DNA from: an uncultured delta proteobacterium
GTDB taxonomy: Bacteria; Desulfobacterota; Syntrophia; Syntrophales; UBA5619
DNA: 64,000 nucleotides
Direction of reading: 5' to 3'
NCBI GenBank assembly: GCA_963817385.1
Contig: CAWFOM010000008.1
Span: 172,127-236,126 of the forward strand
Under the pieces are notes generated by a model, which saw only the letters and a list, made by a program, of their open reading frames with translations, searched no databases and was not told the origin of the DNA. Shown piece after piece: positions 9,047-20,564 of the stretch. Each line of letters begins with the position of its first letter. Positions within the stretch are counted from its first letter, which is position 1. A program made the position numbers and the translations under genes.

Positions 9047-11456
9047 TTATCTTATTGATGCCCCTGTCACATGAGTGATCTTCTGCACAATCCTCCCATG
9101 GACCTCATTTACCTCATCATCCGTCAATGTCCGATCTACCGAGCGATAGGAAAACCGCAATCCTAAGCTCTTCATCCCTGCAGGGATATTTCGCCCTTCA
9201 TATACATCAAAAATTTGAACTTTTTCAAGTAATTCTTCATGGGAATCAGCCGCCAGCCGGAGCATCTCTTCCGCCTCCCGATCACGACGGATCAGAAAGG
9301 CCACATCCCGTGAACTGGAGGGAAACCGGGGGATAGTGCGGAAGGGAATCTTCGCGGAAAAATGAGCCGCCAGGAGATCCAGATCCATCTCGCACACGAC
9401 GATCTTTCCCGGCAGATCCAGGCGGGCCTGGAGATCCGGATGGATCTCCCCCAGAAAACCGACCATCTCGTTCCCACTGAAGACTCCACAGGATTTTCCC
9501 GGATGCAGGATGGTCTCGTGAATTCCGGACCGGAATGAGGGAGAGGGAATCCGGAGCACATCCAGCATGTTTTCGACACATCCCTTCAGATCATAGAAAT
9601 CCGCCAGTAAATCCCGCGAATGCCATCGGTCTTCATAACGCAGACCGGTGATGAGACAGGCCATGCGGTTCTGTTCGAGGGGCTGCTTCCCTTCACCGCG
9701 CCGAATAAAGGTCCTGCCCACCTCGAAGATCTTGAGATCGAAACGGCCGCAATCCGCGTTTCTTTTAGCGTTGAGCAGAAGGCTGTAGGCCATCGTCGTC
9801 CGCATGACCGCCTGTTCTTCCGTCAGCGGATTTCTGATCATGACATGGCCGCGCCGCTCGTCCTTTTCTCCCAGGCCGAGCTGATCAACGGCTTCCGGAG
9901 AGATGAAGCTGTAGTTGATCACCTCCGTATAACCGGCGCCGGTCATGATTTTCCGGAGCCGCTCTTCGACCGTACTCTTCTCCTGCGTTATCCCGGCGAT
10001 CACCGACACGGCGGGAAGGGTCACCGGCACCCGGTCATACCCGTACAGCCGGGCGATCTCTTCGATGAGATCGATCTCCCGTGCGATATCGACCCGGCAG
10101 GTCGGGGGGGTGACTGCGTATCGCCCTTTTCCGTCAGGCTCCACGGTCATCTCCAGGCTTTTCAGGACGCGAACCATCTTCCTTTCGGGCACCGCTGTTC
10201 CGAGGATATCCCTCACCCGCTTGACGCGCAAGGGAATTCTCTGCGCTACCGGGACCGGTTGGGGATATTGATCGATCACCCCCCTGCAGAGAGTCCCTCC
10301 GGAAAGCTCTGCCATAAGCCGTGCCGCCCGGTTGAGCGCGCGAACCACCCCTTCCGGATCGATCCCCCGTTCGAACCGAAAGGCGGCGTCGGTCCCCATG
10401 GCCATCGCCCGCGAGGTTCTGCGGATGGATGCGGGGTTGAAATAGGCGCTTTCCAGGAGGACCGTCTCCGTATCCTCTTTGACCTCGGAATTGAGACCGC
10501 CCATGACCCCGCCGATGGCCACCGGCTTGACGCCGTCACAGATCATGAGCGTGTCGGGGGGAAGGGTCCGTTCCTTCCCGTCGAGTGAAACGAACCGCTC
10601 CTCCGCACGGGACCTCCGGACCACGATTCTCCCCTCCTCCAGGAAACGGAAATCAAAGGCATGCAGGGGCTGACCAAGCTCCATCATCACGAAGTTGGTC
10701 ACATCCACGATATTATTGATCGGGCGAAGTCCGCCCGCCTCCAGCCTCTGCCTGATCCAGAAGGGAGACGGTCCGATCCGGATATTTTTGATGATCCGCG
10801 CCGTGTACCGCGGGCAGAGATCCGGATCGAGGATGGAAACGGAGGTGATCCCCGTAATGTCCTCGTCGGTCTCGATCACTTCGACGGGCGGGTAGCGCAG
10901 CTCCTTCCCCGCGATGGCCGCCCATTCACGGGCCACGCCGACGACGGAAAGACAATCGGAGCGGTTCGGCGTCACGCCGATATCGAAAACCGTATCCCGC
11001 AGGTTGAGGACATCCGCCAGCTCTTTTCCCAACGGAAGGCCGGACGGGAGGATCATGATCCCCGAGGCGTCATCACCGATCCCGAGTTCCTCCTCGGAAC
11101 AGAGCATTCCCTCCGAGGCCTCGCCCCTGATTCGCGAACTCCGGATGAGAAGATCGCCCGGCAGCGTCGCTCCGACGAGCGCCAGGGGGACACAATCACC
11201 GATGCGGATGTTTTGGGCGCCGCAGACGACCGGATAGACCGCATCTCCCGTGGTGAGCTCGCAGAGCGACAAGTTTATCGGCATTGGGATGGGGTTTCAG
11301 GGAGAGGATCTTTGCCACCACGACCCCGCTGAAGGCCGGCCCCGTTTCTTTCACGGAATCCACTTCCAGCCCCGCCATGGTCAGCCGTTCGGCGAGCTCC
11401 GCCGGCGAGACATCAACATCCACGTAATCTCTGAGCCATTTCAGACTGACTAGCAT
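9047..11456 (-). CDS. pheT: Phenylalanyl-tRNA synthetase beta subunit (one frameshift near 11271, probable sequencing indel)
   Basis: N-terminus MLVSLKWL...HPNADKL in ORF 11196-11456 continues as SLC...VCGAQN in ORF 9047-11284. Confidence 0.95.
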
Positions 11457-11542
11457 AAGGATTTTCTCTTGGACAGGTTACCGGGCAGCGACGCGGGTTC
11501 AGGGTAAGGCCTGCCCCGTTTCATCCCCGGTTCCCGGATCGG

Positions 11543-12559
11543 TCAAAACTGTTCCAGAAATCTCAGATCGTTCTCAAAAAAAAGACGGATATCCGTAATC
11601 CCGAACTTGAGCATGGCAATCCTCTCCAGGCCGAGGCCGAAGGCAAAACCGGTGACCTCTTCCGGATCATAACCGACATTCTTGAACACCTCGGGGTCCA
11701 CCATTCCCGAACCGAGGATCTCCAGCCAACCGCTCTGCCCGCAGACCCGGCATCCCTGGCCGCGGCATATGACGCACTGGATATCGACCTCCGCACTCGG
11801 TTCCGTAAAGGGGAAAAAGCTGGGACGGAACCGAAGCGCCGTCTCCTCACCGAACACCTGCTTGAGGAAAACGGTCAGGACCCCCTTCAGGTCACCGAAG
11901 GTGATGCCCCTGTCTACGAGGAGGCCTTCTATCTGATGAAACATGGGGGTATGGGAGATGTCCGAATCCCGTCGATAGACGCGGCCCGGAGAGAGGATTC
12001 TCACCGGCGGTTTCGTCTTTTCCATGATCCGGACCTGAACCGGCGAGGTATGGGTGCGCAGGACGATGTTATCCTCGACGTAGAAGGTGTCCTGCATGTC
12101 CCGCGCAGGATGCTCTTTGGGAATGTTCAGCGCTTCAAAGTTATAGTAATCCAGCTCGACTTCCGGCCCTTCCACTACGGAAAATCCGAGACCGGCGAAG
12201 ATTCGGCAGATCTCTTCCCGCACCTGGGTTACCGGATGGATGCGGCCGTAACGGACACCTCTGCCGGGCAGCGTGACATCAATGCGCTCCGAGAGGAGGG
12301 CTTCATCCCGTTTCGATGAGGCCATTCCTGCAAGAATCTGATCGATCCTGGCGGAGAGCCCTTCCTTGACTTCATTGCAATCTTTGCCGAACTGGGGCCT
12401 CTCTTCGGGAGGCACATTGGCGATATTGCGCAGCAGTCCGGTCAGAAGGCCCTTCCGGCCGAGATACCGGGTACGGATTGCCAGGAGTTCCTCTTCCGTT
12501 TCGACTTTCCGAAGCTCGGCCTCCGCCTGTTCTCGAAGCGCCTCCAGCTCTCCCGTCAT
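11543..12559 (-). CDS. pheS: Phenylalanyl-tRNA synthetase alpha subunit
   Basis: [42 protein letters not shown]. Confidence 0.98.
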   Translation of the reverse strand: MTGELEALREQAEAELRKVETEEELLAIRTRYLGRKGLLTGLLRNIANVPPEERPQFGKDCNEVKEGLSARIDQILAGMASSKRDEALLSERIDVTLPGRGVRYGRIHPVTQVREEICRIFAGLGFSVVEGPEVELDYYNFEALNIPKEHPARDMQDTFYVEDNIVLRTHTSPVQVRIMEKTKPPVRILSPGRVYRRDSDISHTPMFHQIEGLLVDRGITFGDLKGVLTVFLKQVFGEETALRFRPSFFPFTEPSAEVDIQCVICRGQGCRVCGQSGWLEILGSGMVDPEVFKNVGYDPEEVTGFAFGLGLERIAMLKFGITDIRLFFENDLRFLEQF

Positions 12560-12915
12560 GCCGTCCGATCACCCTTTGCTATGGTCACAATTTCCGAAAA
12601 TCCGCGGGGATCATGAATGGCGAGCTCGGAGAGGACCTTCCGGTCGATTTCAACACCGGCCTTGTGCATACCGCTGATCAGGCGGCTATAGGTGATGTCG
12701 TTCATGCGCGCGGCGGCACTGATACGAGTGATCCAGAGCTTCCGGAAATCCCTTTTCCTGACCTTTCTGTCCCGGTAGGCATAGGCCATCGCGTGGTTCA
12801 CGGCCTCCGTGGCCGTTCTCAACAGCCGGCTCCGGGAAAGGAAAAATCCCTTTGCCGCTTTCAGGATCTTTCTTCTCTTCTTGTGAGCCGTCATGCTTCT
12901 CTTTACCCTCGGCAT
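12556..12915 (-). CDS. rplT: 50S ribosomal protein L20
   Basis: MPRVKR...[21 protein letters not shown]. Confidence 0.98.
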   Translation of the reverse strand: MPRVKRSMTAHKKRRKILKAAKGFFLSRSRLLRTATEAVNHAMAYAYRDRKVRKRDFRKLWITRISAAARMNDITYSRLISGMHKAGVEIDRKVLSELAIHDPRGFSEIVTIAKGDRTA

Positions 12916-12971
12916 TGCTTTATCTCCTCATCTCGTTGAAATATCCAGATAACAAAATAACGTTCAGTCGG

Positions 12972-13169
12972 CTACAGATACGGGATCAACTTTCTGATCG
13001 CCTTTTCATTCGTCTTGTCAAGAATGGCCGATCTTCTCAACTGTCTCTTGCTTTTTGTCGTTTTCGGCGTCAGGATATGGCTCGTATTGGCCTTGTGTCT
13101 CTTGATTTTCCCCGTTCCTGTCACGGAAAATCGCTTTGCAGCACCCCTGTGGGTTTTGATTTTTGGCAT
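12972..13169 (-). CDS. rpmI: 50S ribosomal protein L35
   Basis: [31 protein letters not shown]. Confidence 0.97.
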   Translation of the reverse strand: MPKIKTHRGAAKRFSVTGTGKIKRHKANTSHILTPKTTKSKRQLRRSAILDKTNEKAIRKLIPYL

Positions 13170-13276
13170 TCCATCACCTCTCTGTAAAGATACTGAACCG
13201 TCTGCCGGTTCAGGCATATAAACTTATTAACGGAGACGACCCATCATTCGGAACATTCGGCTTTCCGAATGCCCAC

Positions 13277-13786
13277 TCACTTCTTCGGCGAGAGGATCAT
13301 GACCATGCTTCTCCCTTCCAGTTTCGGCTGCTGATCTATCACGCAGCCATCGGCAAGGGTGTTCTTGACATCCTCCATGATCTTCCTGCCAATCTCGGTA
13401 TAGGCAATCTCTCGCCCCCGGAACATCATGGAGATCTTTACCTTGTTGTGCTGTTCAAGAAACTTTTTTACATGTTTGATCTTGACCTCCAGATCATGTT
13501 CCTCCGTTTTTGGTCGGAGACGGATCTCCTTGACCTGAATGACCGTCTGGCTCTTTTTGGAGACTTGAATCTTCTTGCTCTGCTGGTATCTGAATTTTCC
13601 ATAATCCATGATCCTGCAGACAGGCGGCGCCGCGGTGGGGGAAACTTCCACCAGATCGAGACCCGCCTTGGCCGCTTCCGCCAAGGCATCCGTCAGAGAA
13701 AGAACCCCCAACTGCTCCCCATCCATATCGATCACTCGGACCGATGTAGCCCTGATCTCACGGTTGATCCTTAAATCCTTAGCTAT
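13277..13786 (-). CDS. infC: Translation initiation factor IF-3 (non-canonical ATA start)
   Basis: GGAGGTG SD then in-frame ATA GCT AAG (IAKDLRINREI); LDLVEVSP..PPVCRIMDYGKF. Confidence 0.95.
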   Translation of the reverse strand: MAKDLRINREIRATSVRVIDMDGEQLGVLSLTDALAEAAKAGLDLVEVSPTAAPPVCRIMDYGKFRYQQSKKIQVSKKSQTVIQVKEIRLRPKTEEHDLEVKIKHVKKFLEQHNKVKISMMFRGREIAYTEIGRKIMEDVKNTLADGCVIDQQPKLEGRSMVMILSPKK

Positions 13787-13815
13787 GGGTCACCTCCAAA
13801 CACTTTTTTTTCAAA

Positions 13816-15734
13816 CTATTTGAACTGTGCACACTGTTCGCGGACAAGGGAAACGAATGCGTCCACGCCGATGGAACCGAGATTCTGTCCGTCCCGCTGC
13901 CGCGGAGAAACCTGGCCGGATGCCACTTCCCGATCACCGATCACCAGCATGAAGGGTGTTTTCTGCATCTGCGCCTCACGGATCTTGTAGCCCAGTTTTT
14001 CATTCCGGAAATCACCCTCTACCCGAATGCCCGCAGCGAGAAGACGACTCCGGACCTCCTCACCATAAGGGATATGGTTATCCGTCACGGTCACCAAAAC
14101 GGCCTGCACGGGCGACAGCCAGAGCGGAAACGCCCCCGCATGGTGCTCGATGAGCACACCCATGAACCGCTCAATGGCGCCAAGGATCACCCTGTGGAGC
14201 ATGACCGGACGGTGTTTCTCCCCATCCTCGCCGATATAACTCAGGTCAAACCGCTCCGGGAGGGTAAAATCGCACTGGATGGTTGCACACTGCCACTTGC
14301 GCTTCAGCGCGTCTTTCAGCTTGAAATCGATCTTCGGTCCATAGAAGGCGCCATCGCCTTCGTTTACCTCATAGGTCATGCCGTTGTCCCGAAGAGCACC
14401 CTCCAGGGCACTGCGTGGCGAGCTCCCAGTCCTCATCCGAACCGATGGAATTCTCCGGACGGGTGGAGAGCTCCACCTCGTATTCGAATCCGAAGATCCC
14501 CATGGCATAACCGACAAAATCGGCGATCGCCCGGATCTCGCTGTTGAGCTGTGCCGGCGTGCAGAGGATGTGGGCGTCATCCTGGGTGAACTGGCGAACC
14601 CGCATGAGGCCGTGCAGCACCCCCGCCTTTTCATGGCGGTGGACCGTTCCCAGTTCGAAATAGCGCAACGGCAGATCGCGGTAGGAACGGATCTTTGCCT
14701 TGTAGATCAGCATGTGGGCAAGGCAGTTCATGGGTTTGATCCCATAGGTCTGTTCATCCACCTCGGTGAAATACATGTTTTCCCGGTAATGATCGAAGTG
14801 ACCCGACCGCTTCCAGAGGTCGACCTTGAGGATCTGGGGTCCGATCACCAGATCATAGCCCCGCTTGAGGTGCTCTTTTCTCTCCCACTCCTCGATAAGG
14901 GTTCGCAGCAGGGTCCCTTTCGGATGAAAGATGACAAGACCGGGACCCGCCTCGTCGTTGAGCTGGAAGAGATCCAGTTCCTTGCCGAGACGGCGGTGGT
15001 CCCGCTTTTTCGCCTCCTCCAGAAGCCGCAGGTGTTCATCAAGCGCCTCCTGCGTCGCAAAGCCGGTCCCATAGATGCGCTGGAGCATTTTGTTGCGTTC
15101 GTCACCGCGCCAGTAGGCGCCGGCCACATTGAGGAGCTTGAAGGCCCGGATCATCCCCGTCGACGGGACATGCGGCCCGCGGCAGAGATCGAGGTAGCCG
15201 TCCTGGGTATAGAGACTGACCGTCTTCACGTCCGCCGGCAGGTCATTGATGAGTTCTACCTTGTAGTGTTCACCCTTATTCCTGAAGAGATCCACGGCCT
15301 CTTCGCGGCTCACCTCCCTGCGTTCGAAGGGGTAATCCGCGGCGGCAATTTCCCGCATCCGGGATTCGATCCGTTCAAGATCCAGGAGCGTGAAGCTCTC
15401 GGCGTATTCAAAATCGTAATAAAAACCATCTTCAATGGAAGGTCCGATGGTAACCTGTACACCGGCGAAGGTATCCTGTACCGCCTGTGCCATGACATGA
15501 GACATGCTGTGGCGGAGAATGGAAAGTCCCTCCGGTGAAGCGGCATCGATCAGCTCGATGGCGGCATCGCCGGCCAGGGAGTGGCTCAGGTCGACCGGCG
15601 TCCCGTTCACTTTCGCGGCAACCGCAGAGGCGAGCTTCTTCCCCCAAGCCGGCAAGTACCTCTTTTACCGTAATTCCGAGCGGATAGAAAGACTCTTTTC
15701 CATCCGGCAGGATTATTTTTATCTGCTGCACCAT
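13816..15734 (-). CDS. thrS: Threonyl-tRNA synthetase (two frameshifts near 15650 and 14413, probable sequencing indels)
   Basis: Three consecutive ORFs give TGS domain, [44 protein letters not shown]. Confidence 0.95.
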
Positions 15735-15873
15735 ATACCGCTTCCTATGAAGAAAGGGCATCAGCACTATGCGATGATGCCCTCATCAAGATCTGCCGCC
15801 CGCTACAGACGCCTTTCCGGATCCACCATACCCGACCGTTTCCTTCCCTTTCGGGAAGGCAGCGTTATGTGAA

Positions 15874-15948
15874 TGGTAGGCACGCAGGGATTTGAACCCT
15901 GGACATCCACCGCGTCAGGATGGCGCTCTCCCCCTGAGCTACGTGCCT
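15874..15948 (-). tRNA. tRNA-Val (GAC)
   Basis: AGGCACGTAGCTCAGGGGGAGAGCGCCATCCT-GAC-GCGGTGGATGTCCAGGGTTCAAATCCCTGCGTGCCTACCA cloverleaf with CCA. Confidence 0.97.
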
Positions 15949-15979
15949 ATAGAAAATCCTCCCCCCGGAAAGGGTGATC

Positions 15980-16008
15980 TATCTAACAAGAAAATACAGT
16001 GATGTCAA
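15980..16008 (-). promoter_or_regulatory. Putative sigma70 promoter for tRNA-Val/thrS operon
   Basis: TTGACA-N17-TAGATA about 30 nt upstream of the tRNA. Confidence 0.6.
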
Positions 16009-16016
16009 GGCAAATA

Positions 16017-16562
16017 TCACTCTTTTCCTGCGCGATTGATGAGAGCCACACCCCTCGCCATGTAATTCAGACCGGAAATGATGGTAAAAAGGGCAGTTAC
16101 CCAGTAGATGGCCAATAGCCACAATTCATTGAGGTTACCGGGGAGGCAGCGGGTGGAAAGGGCCATCAGCACAGTAACCAGTTGCAGGGCAGTGGTGACC
16201 CTGCTGACGAAAACCGGTCGGATCTGCACGGGAATCGACATCATGGAAAGCACGGAGATGCCGAGCAGGATGATGAAGTCTCTGCTTATCACGATCACCG
16301 TCAGCCACCCCGGAATGATGTGCAGAACCGACAGCGTTATAAAGGAGCTTGCCAGAAGCGCCTTGTCGGCGATCGGATCCAGATAGGCTCCGAGTACGGT
16401 CTGCTGATGCAGGACCCTGGCAAGAAATCCATCGAGAGCATCGGAAATGCCCGCTACAAGAAACACGATCAGCGCTTTGATGAACGAACCTTGGATGAGA
16501 AGGATGACAATGATCGGTACCAGAATGATTCTCAGGAGCGTCAGAAGATTCGGGATATTCAT
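16017..16562 (-). CDS. pgsA: CDP-alcohol phosphatidyltransferase (PgsA-like)
   Basis: NIPNLLTLLR, DALDGFLAR...GAYLDPIADK signature. Confidence 0.8.
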   Translation of the reverse strand: MNIPNLLTLLRIILVPIIVILLIQGSFIKALIVFLVAGISDALDGFLARVLHQQTVLGAYLDPIADKALLASSFITLSVLHIIPGWLTVIVISRDFIILLGISVLSMMSIPVQIRPVFVSRVTTALQLVTVLMALSTRCLPGNLNELWLLAIYWVTALFTIISGLNYMARGVALINRAGKE

Positions 16563-16633
16563 GGTTCAGTTCTCACCGGCATCAGATTTCGCGATCCTCT
16601 TCCTGTTCATGGTTATTCTCGCAAAAATCAGAG

Positions 16634-17222
16634 TCAGGAACCGATGGCATCAGGGCCGTCAGGCAATGTTTCCAGTGCCCGGTTTACGACCTCCTGAAGC
16701 GCCGGCTCATAAACCTGTGATGATTTCAATTCCAGTTGTTTGCGTGAGAAACCCCAATTACGGTGGACTACGCGGTGCTGAACATGCCAGAGGCTCTCTC
16801 CCGTTTTCGCGCTGAACAGCTCAAATTCAGCCTCCACCGCGGTGGCGGCATATAAGATACCGCGCCCCATCCCGCTTTCGTTCAGGATGGGGTACAAGAC
16901 TGCGTCCACGTGGAGCATTTCTCCGATCACCTGCGGAGATACCTTCCCCCCGCCTCCGGGGGGAAGAGCGGACCAGCTTCTCATCGATCACTTTCACCGG
17001 GATTTTGGGATAGCCCTTGAAATAGAGTTCTTCGACGAGCTTGCTCCGCAGCATCTCTGCCGACTTCGGATCGGACGAGCTGTTGATGATGGGCATCACG
17101 GCGATGAGCCGCATTCCCCGTTTACCGTAATCGGGCACGATCACATGCGGAATAGTTGCGGCACAGCCGGCAAGGAGAACAGCCGCCAGGAAAAACAATA
17201 ACGGGTTGACTGCTTTCACCAT
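16634..17222 (-). CDS. Lipoprotein, DUF799/GNA1162-like (frameshift at about 16945-16975 in C6/G6 homopolymer area)
   Basis: Lipobox LLAGC, IAVMP motif; C-terminal half SAKTGESLW...ALETLPDGP in adjacent frame. Confidence 0.65.
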
Positions 17223-17238
17223 TATCTCGTATACCCCT

Positions 17239-17913
17239 TCACCTGAGATGGACTTCCAGGATCTGGTCATCCTGCATTTGAATTTCCACCGCCAGTTTAT
17301 CCTGAAGCCGTTCGGCCATCGTCTGGGTCGTTGCTTCTGCCGCAATATCAAAACGGGCCAGACCCCATGATGCCTCGCGCAGAATGATCTCCCGGATCTC
17401 CGGTATCTTTTCCTTTACCACTCCTCGGCATCTGAGATAATCGCTGTACGTACGGATCCCCCGTATGGTCAGGGAAATTCTATTCACGGGCGGTTTAAGC
17501 TGTGTCTGCCCGATCAACCCGAGCCCCCGGAGATCGTTCCTGATGCTGTCCGCCAAGACAGTCACCCGAATCGCCACGGTGTAGAGATCAAATGCGGTCA
17601 TCTCGGAAACAATGCGATATTCCTGAATGAATCCTTCGGCCCGGTCGGTGATCTGCTCCTTGAGCACCGCGGATTTCCTTGCCGCTTCCTGTGGTGTGAG
17701 CCAACGGCCAGCCACCTGTTCAACCGCCTTCAGCAGGGCATCCCGAACGGCCTCATTCCTAGCCCGGGCGAGATCACTACCGGTAATCCGAGCGCTTCCC
17801 TCTGTTTCCACAGTCTGGGTAGGCGTAACATCCTCGGCAAGAGAAACTATAGGAAAACCGATCATGATCGCGAAAAGAAAAAAAAAGACTGACGGCAGCG
17901 GAATACTCTTCAT
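17239..17913 (-). CDS. Exported protein with FlgT N-terminal-like domain
   Basis: Signal peptide; VETEGSA...ARARNEAVRDALLKAVEQ...FIQEYRIVSE pattern. Confidence 0.6.
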   Translation of the reverse strand: MKSIPLPSVFFFLFAIMIGFPIVSLAEDVTPTQTVETEGSARITGSDLARARNEAVRDALLKAVEQVAGRWLTPQEAARKSAVLKEQITDRAEGFIQEYRIVSEMTAFDLYTVAIRVTVLADSIRNDLRGLGLIGQTQLKPPVNRISLTIRGIRTYSDYLRCRGVVKEKIPEIREIILREASWGLARFDIAAEATTQTMAERLQDKLAVEIQMQDDQILEVHLR

Positions 17914-18260
17914 ATACCCCTTTTCAGCTTTTCGATCTCCTCACGGATAATACGCTCGGCAACATCGGGAATGACCTCCCGGGCAATCTTTTCCGCGATC
18001 TCCGCAGCCCGCTTCATGATTTCATCATGCAAACCTGCATCGACGAACGCCATCTTGGGTTTTTTCTCGACGACATCAACAAGATCATAGATCCGTTCGG
18101 GTCTTGGCTTCCCCTCCGGAAGACGCTCCGCCGGGGAAACAGACGAATCCTCCAGAACCTCCGCCAGGTCAAGAATCCGATCTTCCGGTTTCAGCATGCG
18201 CCCCTCGATCATCATGACCCTGTTGCTGTCTTCCCCGGGCAACCCTTTCGTAACGGCCAT
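17910..18260 (-). CDS. Small acidic protein with RomR C-terminal-like helix
   Basis: C-terminus EKIAREVIPDVAERIIREEIEKLK; repeated ILDLAEVLE/IYDLVDVVE motif; SD GGAGGAG. Confidence 0.6.
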   Translation of the reverse strand: MAVTKGLPGEDSNRVMMIEGRMLKPEDRILDLAEVLEDSSVSPAERLPEGKPRPERIYDLVDVVEKKPKMAFVDAGLHDEIMKRAAEIAEKIAREVIPDVAERIIREEIEKLKRGI

Positions 18261-18442
18261 GTTCTCCTCCCTGCTTCATCCGGCCAAAACGACGCCTGTT
18301 GCGCTAAATTGCCGTATATCCGCTGGTTTTATATTTTTCCCCGACGTCAGTTATCACACCTCTGCCGACAGTTCAAGAAAATGATGTCCTCGTAACAGTC
18401 GGTACCGTGTCAATCACAAGCCTACCTCTGCGAGGGGGGGTA

Positions 18443-18487
18443 GGGATGAAGCGTAGCGCAGCTTAGGGACTTTTTTCGAATCCGTCA
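18443..18487 (-). repeat. Truncated copy of interspersed repeat family B overlapping rsmI stop
   Basis: TGACGGATTCGAAAAAAGTCCCTAAGCTGCGCTACGCTTCATCCCT resembles left part of 41712-41834. Confidence 0.5.
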
Positions 18488-19426
18488 AGGGAATAGTAGG
18501 AGACGGTAGATCCGCTTCCGCGACACCCCGGTCTCCTGTACGATCCGGTCCGCGATATCCCGAAGTGAGAGGCCGTCTCCCTTCTCCTGCAGCTCCTCGC
18601 ACCGATGAAGGAGTTCCTCATCCGAATACTCCTTCACTCGCCCGGAGCTGCCGGCTACTATGAGGGTTACCTCTCCCCTGACCACCTTCTCTCCCAGTTC
18701 GTTGATGACCGCGCCGGCCGGCCCTCTCAGGAATTCCTCGTAGATCTTGGTTATTTCCCGTGAAACTACCACTTCCCGTTCTCCCAGCAGTTCTTCGATA
18801 TCGTGCAGGGAGGACAGCAACCTATGGGGGGATTCATAAAAGATGAGCGTCTTGACCTCGTCATGGAGCGAGGTCAAGAGCTGTCGACGTTTCCCCGATT
18901 TTGACGGCAGGAATCCGAGAAAAACAAAGCTGTCCATCGGCAGGCCGGAGACGCTGAGAGCGGCGATCAGCGCCGATGCTCCGGGAACCGGTGCTATCCG
19001 GATATCGCGGGCGATCGCTTCCCTGACCAGAATATATCCGGGATCGGAGATTCCTGGTGTTCCCGCATCAGAAACATAGGCCACATCCTCTCCCCCTTGC
19101 AGCCTCGCAAGGAGCAGTCCGCTTTTCTTCAACTCATTCTGATCATAGAGACTGGTCAACGGGGTGACGATCTGATACTTGTCGAGGAGAACCCGTGTCC
19201 GCCGCGTATCTTCGGCCGCAATCAGACATACCTCTTTCAACACCCGGATCGCCCGGATCGTCATGTCCTCGAGGTTGCCGATCGGGGTGGCCACCATGTA
19301 AAGCGTCCCCGTCGATCCGGATCCGCCCTTTTGCGGGCGTTCCGGAGGCTCTTGCCGCGGCGTCCGTGATTCGCGGAACGGCCCTCGGCGGTTTCCATCC
19401 CGGCGTTGTTGAAGTTTTCTACCCAT
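18485..19426 (-). CDS. rsmI: 16S rRNA (cytidine1402-2'-O)-methyltransferase
   Basis: LYMVATPIGNLED, AAEDTRRT, SDAGTPGISDPG, FYESPHR, REITKIYEE; start uncertain. Confidence 0.95.
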   Translation of the reverse strand: MGRKLQQRRDGNRRGPFRESRTPRQEPPERPQKGGSGSTGTLYMVATPIGNLEDMTIRAIRVLKEVCLIAAEDTRRTRVLLDKYQIVTPLTSLYDQNELKKSGLLLARLQGGEDVAYVSDAGTPGISDPGYILVREAIARDIRIAPVPGASALIAALSVSGLPMDSFVFLGFLPSKSGKRRQLLTSLHDEVKTLIFYESPHRLLSSLHDIEELLGEREVVVSREITKIYEEFLRGPAGAVINELGEKVVRGEVTLIVAGSSGRVKEYSDEELLHRCEELQEKGDGLSLRDIADRIVQETGVSRKRIYRLLLFP

Positions 19427-19610
19427 AAACGAAATACGGTGATTCTCCGTAAAATGCACCCGCTCGATAAATTGATTGACAGATAAAATCTTTCTGTGAT
19501 TTATAGCATTGCGACGGTGCAATTGCGAGAAAAACAGCCTCCTCGGAACAACAGCTTCCCGGAGAGAGGATTATCGGGAGATTCACCATGGGTTATGAGG
19601 GATTGGCGCA

Positions 19611-20543
19611 ATGAAGCGGATTCTCATCACGGGCGGCGCCGGCTTTCTCGGTTCACATCTTTGCGAACGGCTTCTCGCAGAGAAACACGAAGTGCTGTGC
19701 CTCGACAACTTCTTCACCGGAAGCAAGGATAACATCCGCCATCTGCTGGGAAATCCGCACTTTGAGTGCATCCGCCATGACATCACCAACCCGATCTACC
19801 TGGAGGTGGATCAGATCTATAACCTCGCCTGTCCAGCGTCCCCGGTCCATTACCAGTATAACCCCATCAAGACGATAAAGACGAGCGTCATGGGCACTAT
19901 CAATGCTCTGGGAATCGCCAAACGGGTGAAGGCCCGGATACTTCAGGCATCCACCTCCGAGGTGTACGGAGATCCGGAGGTCCATCCCCAGAGGGAGGAT
20001 TACTGGGGGCGCGTAAACCCAATCGGGATCAGAAGCTGCTATGACGAGGGGAAACGGGCCGCCGAATGCCTGATGATGGATTACCATCGCCAGAACCGGG
20101 TCGATGTGAAGATCGTCCGCATTTTCAACACCTACGGGCCGCGGATGGCCGTCCGCGATGGACGCGTCGTCAGCAATTTCATCGTGCAGGCCCTAAAAGG
20201 GGAAGCGATCACCGTCTATGGCGACGGGTCACATACCCGTTCCTTCTGTTATGTGGACGACTTGATCGACGGCATGATCCTGATGATGAACTCCGCGGAA
20301 GACTTCACCGGTCCCGTCAACCTCGGCACCCCGGAGGAATTCACGATCCTGGAGCTGGCGCGGACGCTGATCGGGATGACCGGTTCTGCCTCACGGATCG
20401 ACATCCGAGAGCTCCCCCAGGATGATCCCGTCCAGCGACGGCCGGACATCACCCTGGCCCGGGAAAAGCTCGGATGGGAGCCCCGGGTGTCGCTCACGGA
20501 AGGTCTGAAAAAAACGATCGCCTATTTTCAGAAAGTTCTCTGA
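19611..20543 (+). CDS. UDP-glucuronate decarboxylase (UDP-xylose synthase family)
   Basis: [41 protein letters not shown]. Confidence 0.93.
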   Translation: MKRILITGGAGFLGSHLCERLLAEKHEVLCLDNFFTGSKDNIRHLLGNPHFECIRHDITNPIYLEVDQIYNLACPASPVHYQYNPIKTIKTSVMGTINALGIAKRVKARILQASTSEVYGDPEVHPQREDYWGRVNPIGIRSCYDEGKRAAECLMMDYHRQNRVDVKIVRIFNTYGPRMAVRDGRVVSNFIVQALKGEAITVYGDGSHTRSFCYVDDLIDGMILMMNSAEDFTGPVNLGTPEEFTILELARTLIGMTGSASRIDIRELPQDDPVQRRPDITLAREKLGWEPRVSLTEGLKKTIAYFQKVL

Positions 20544-20564
20544 AGATAATCTATTGAGGACGCT

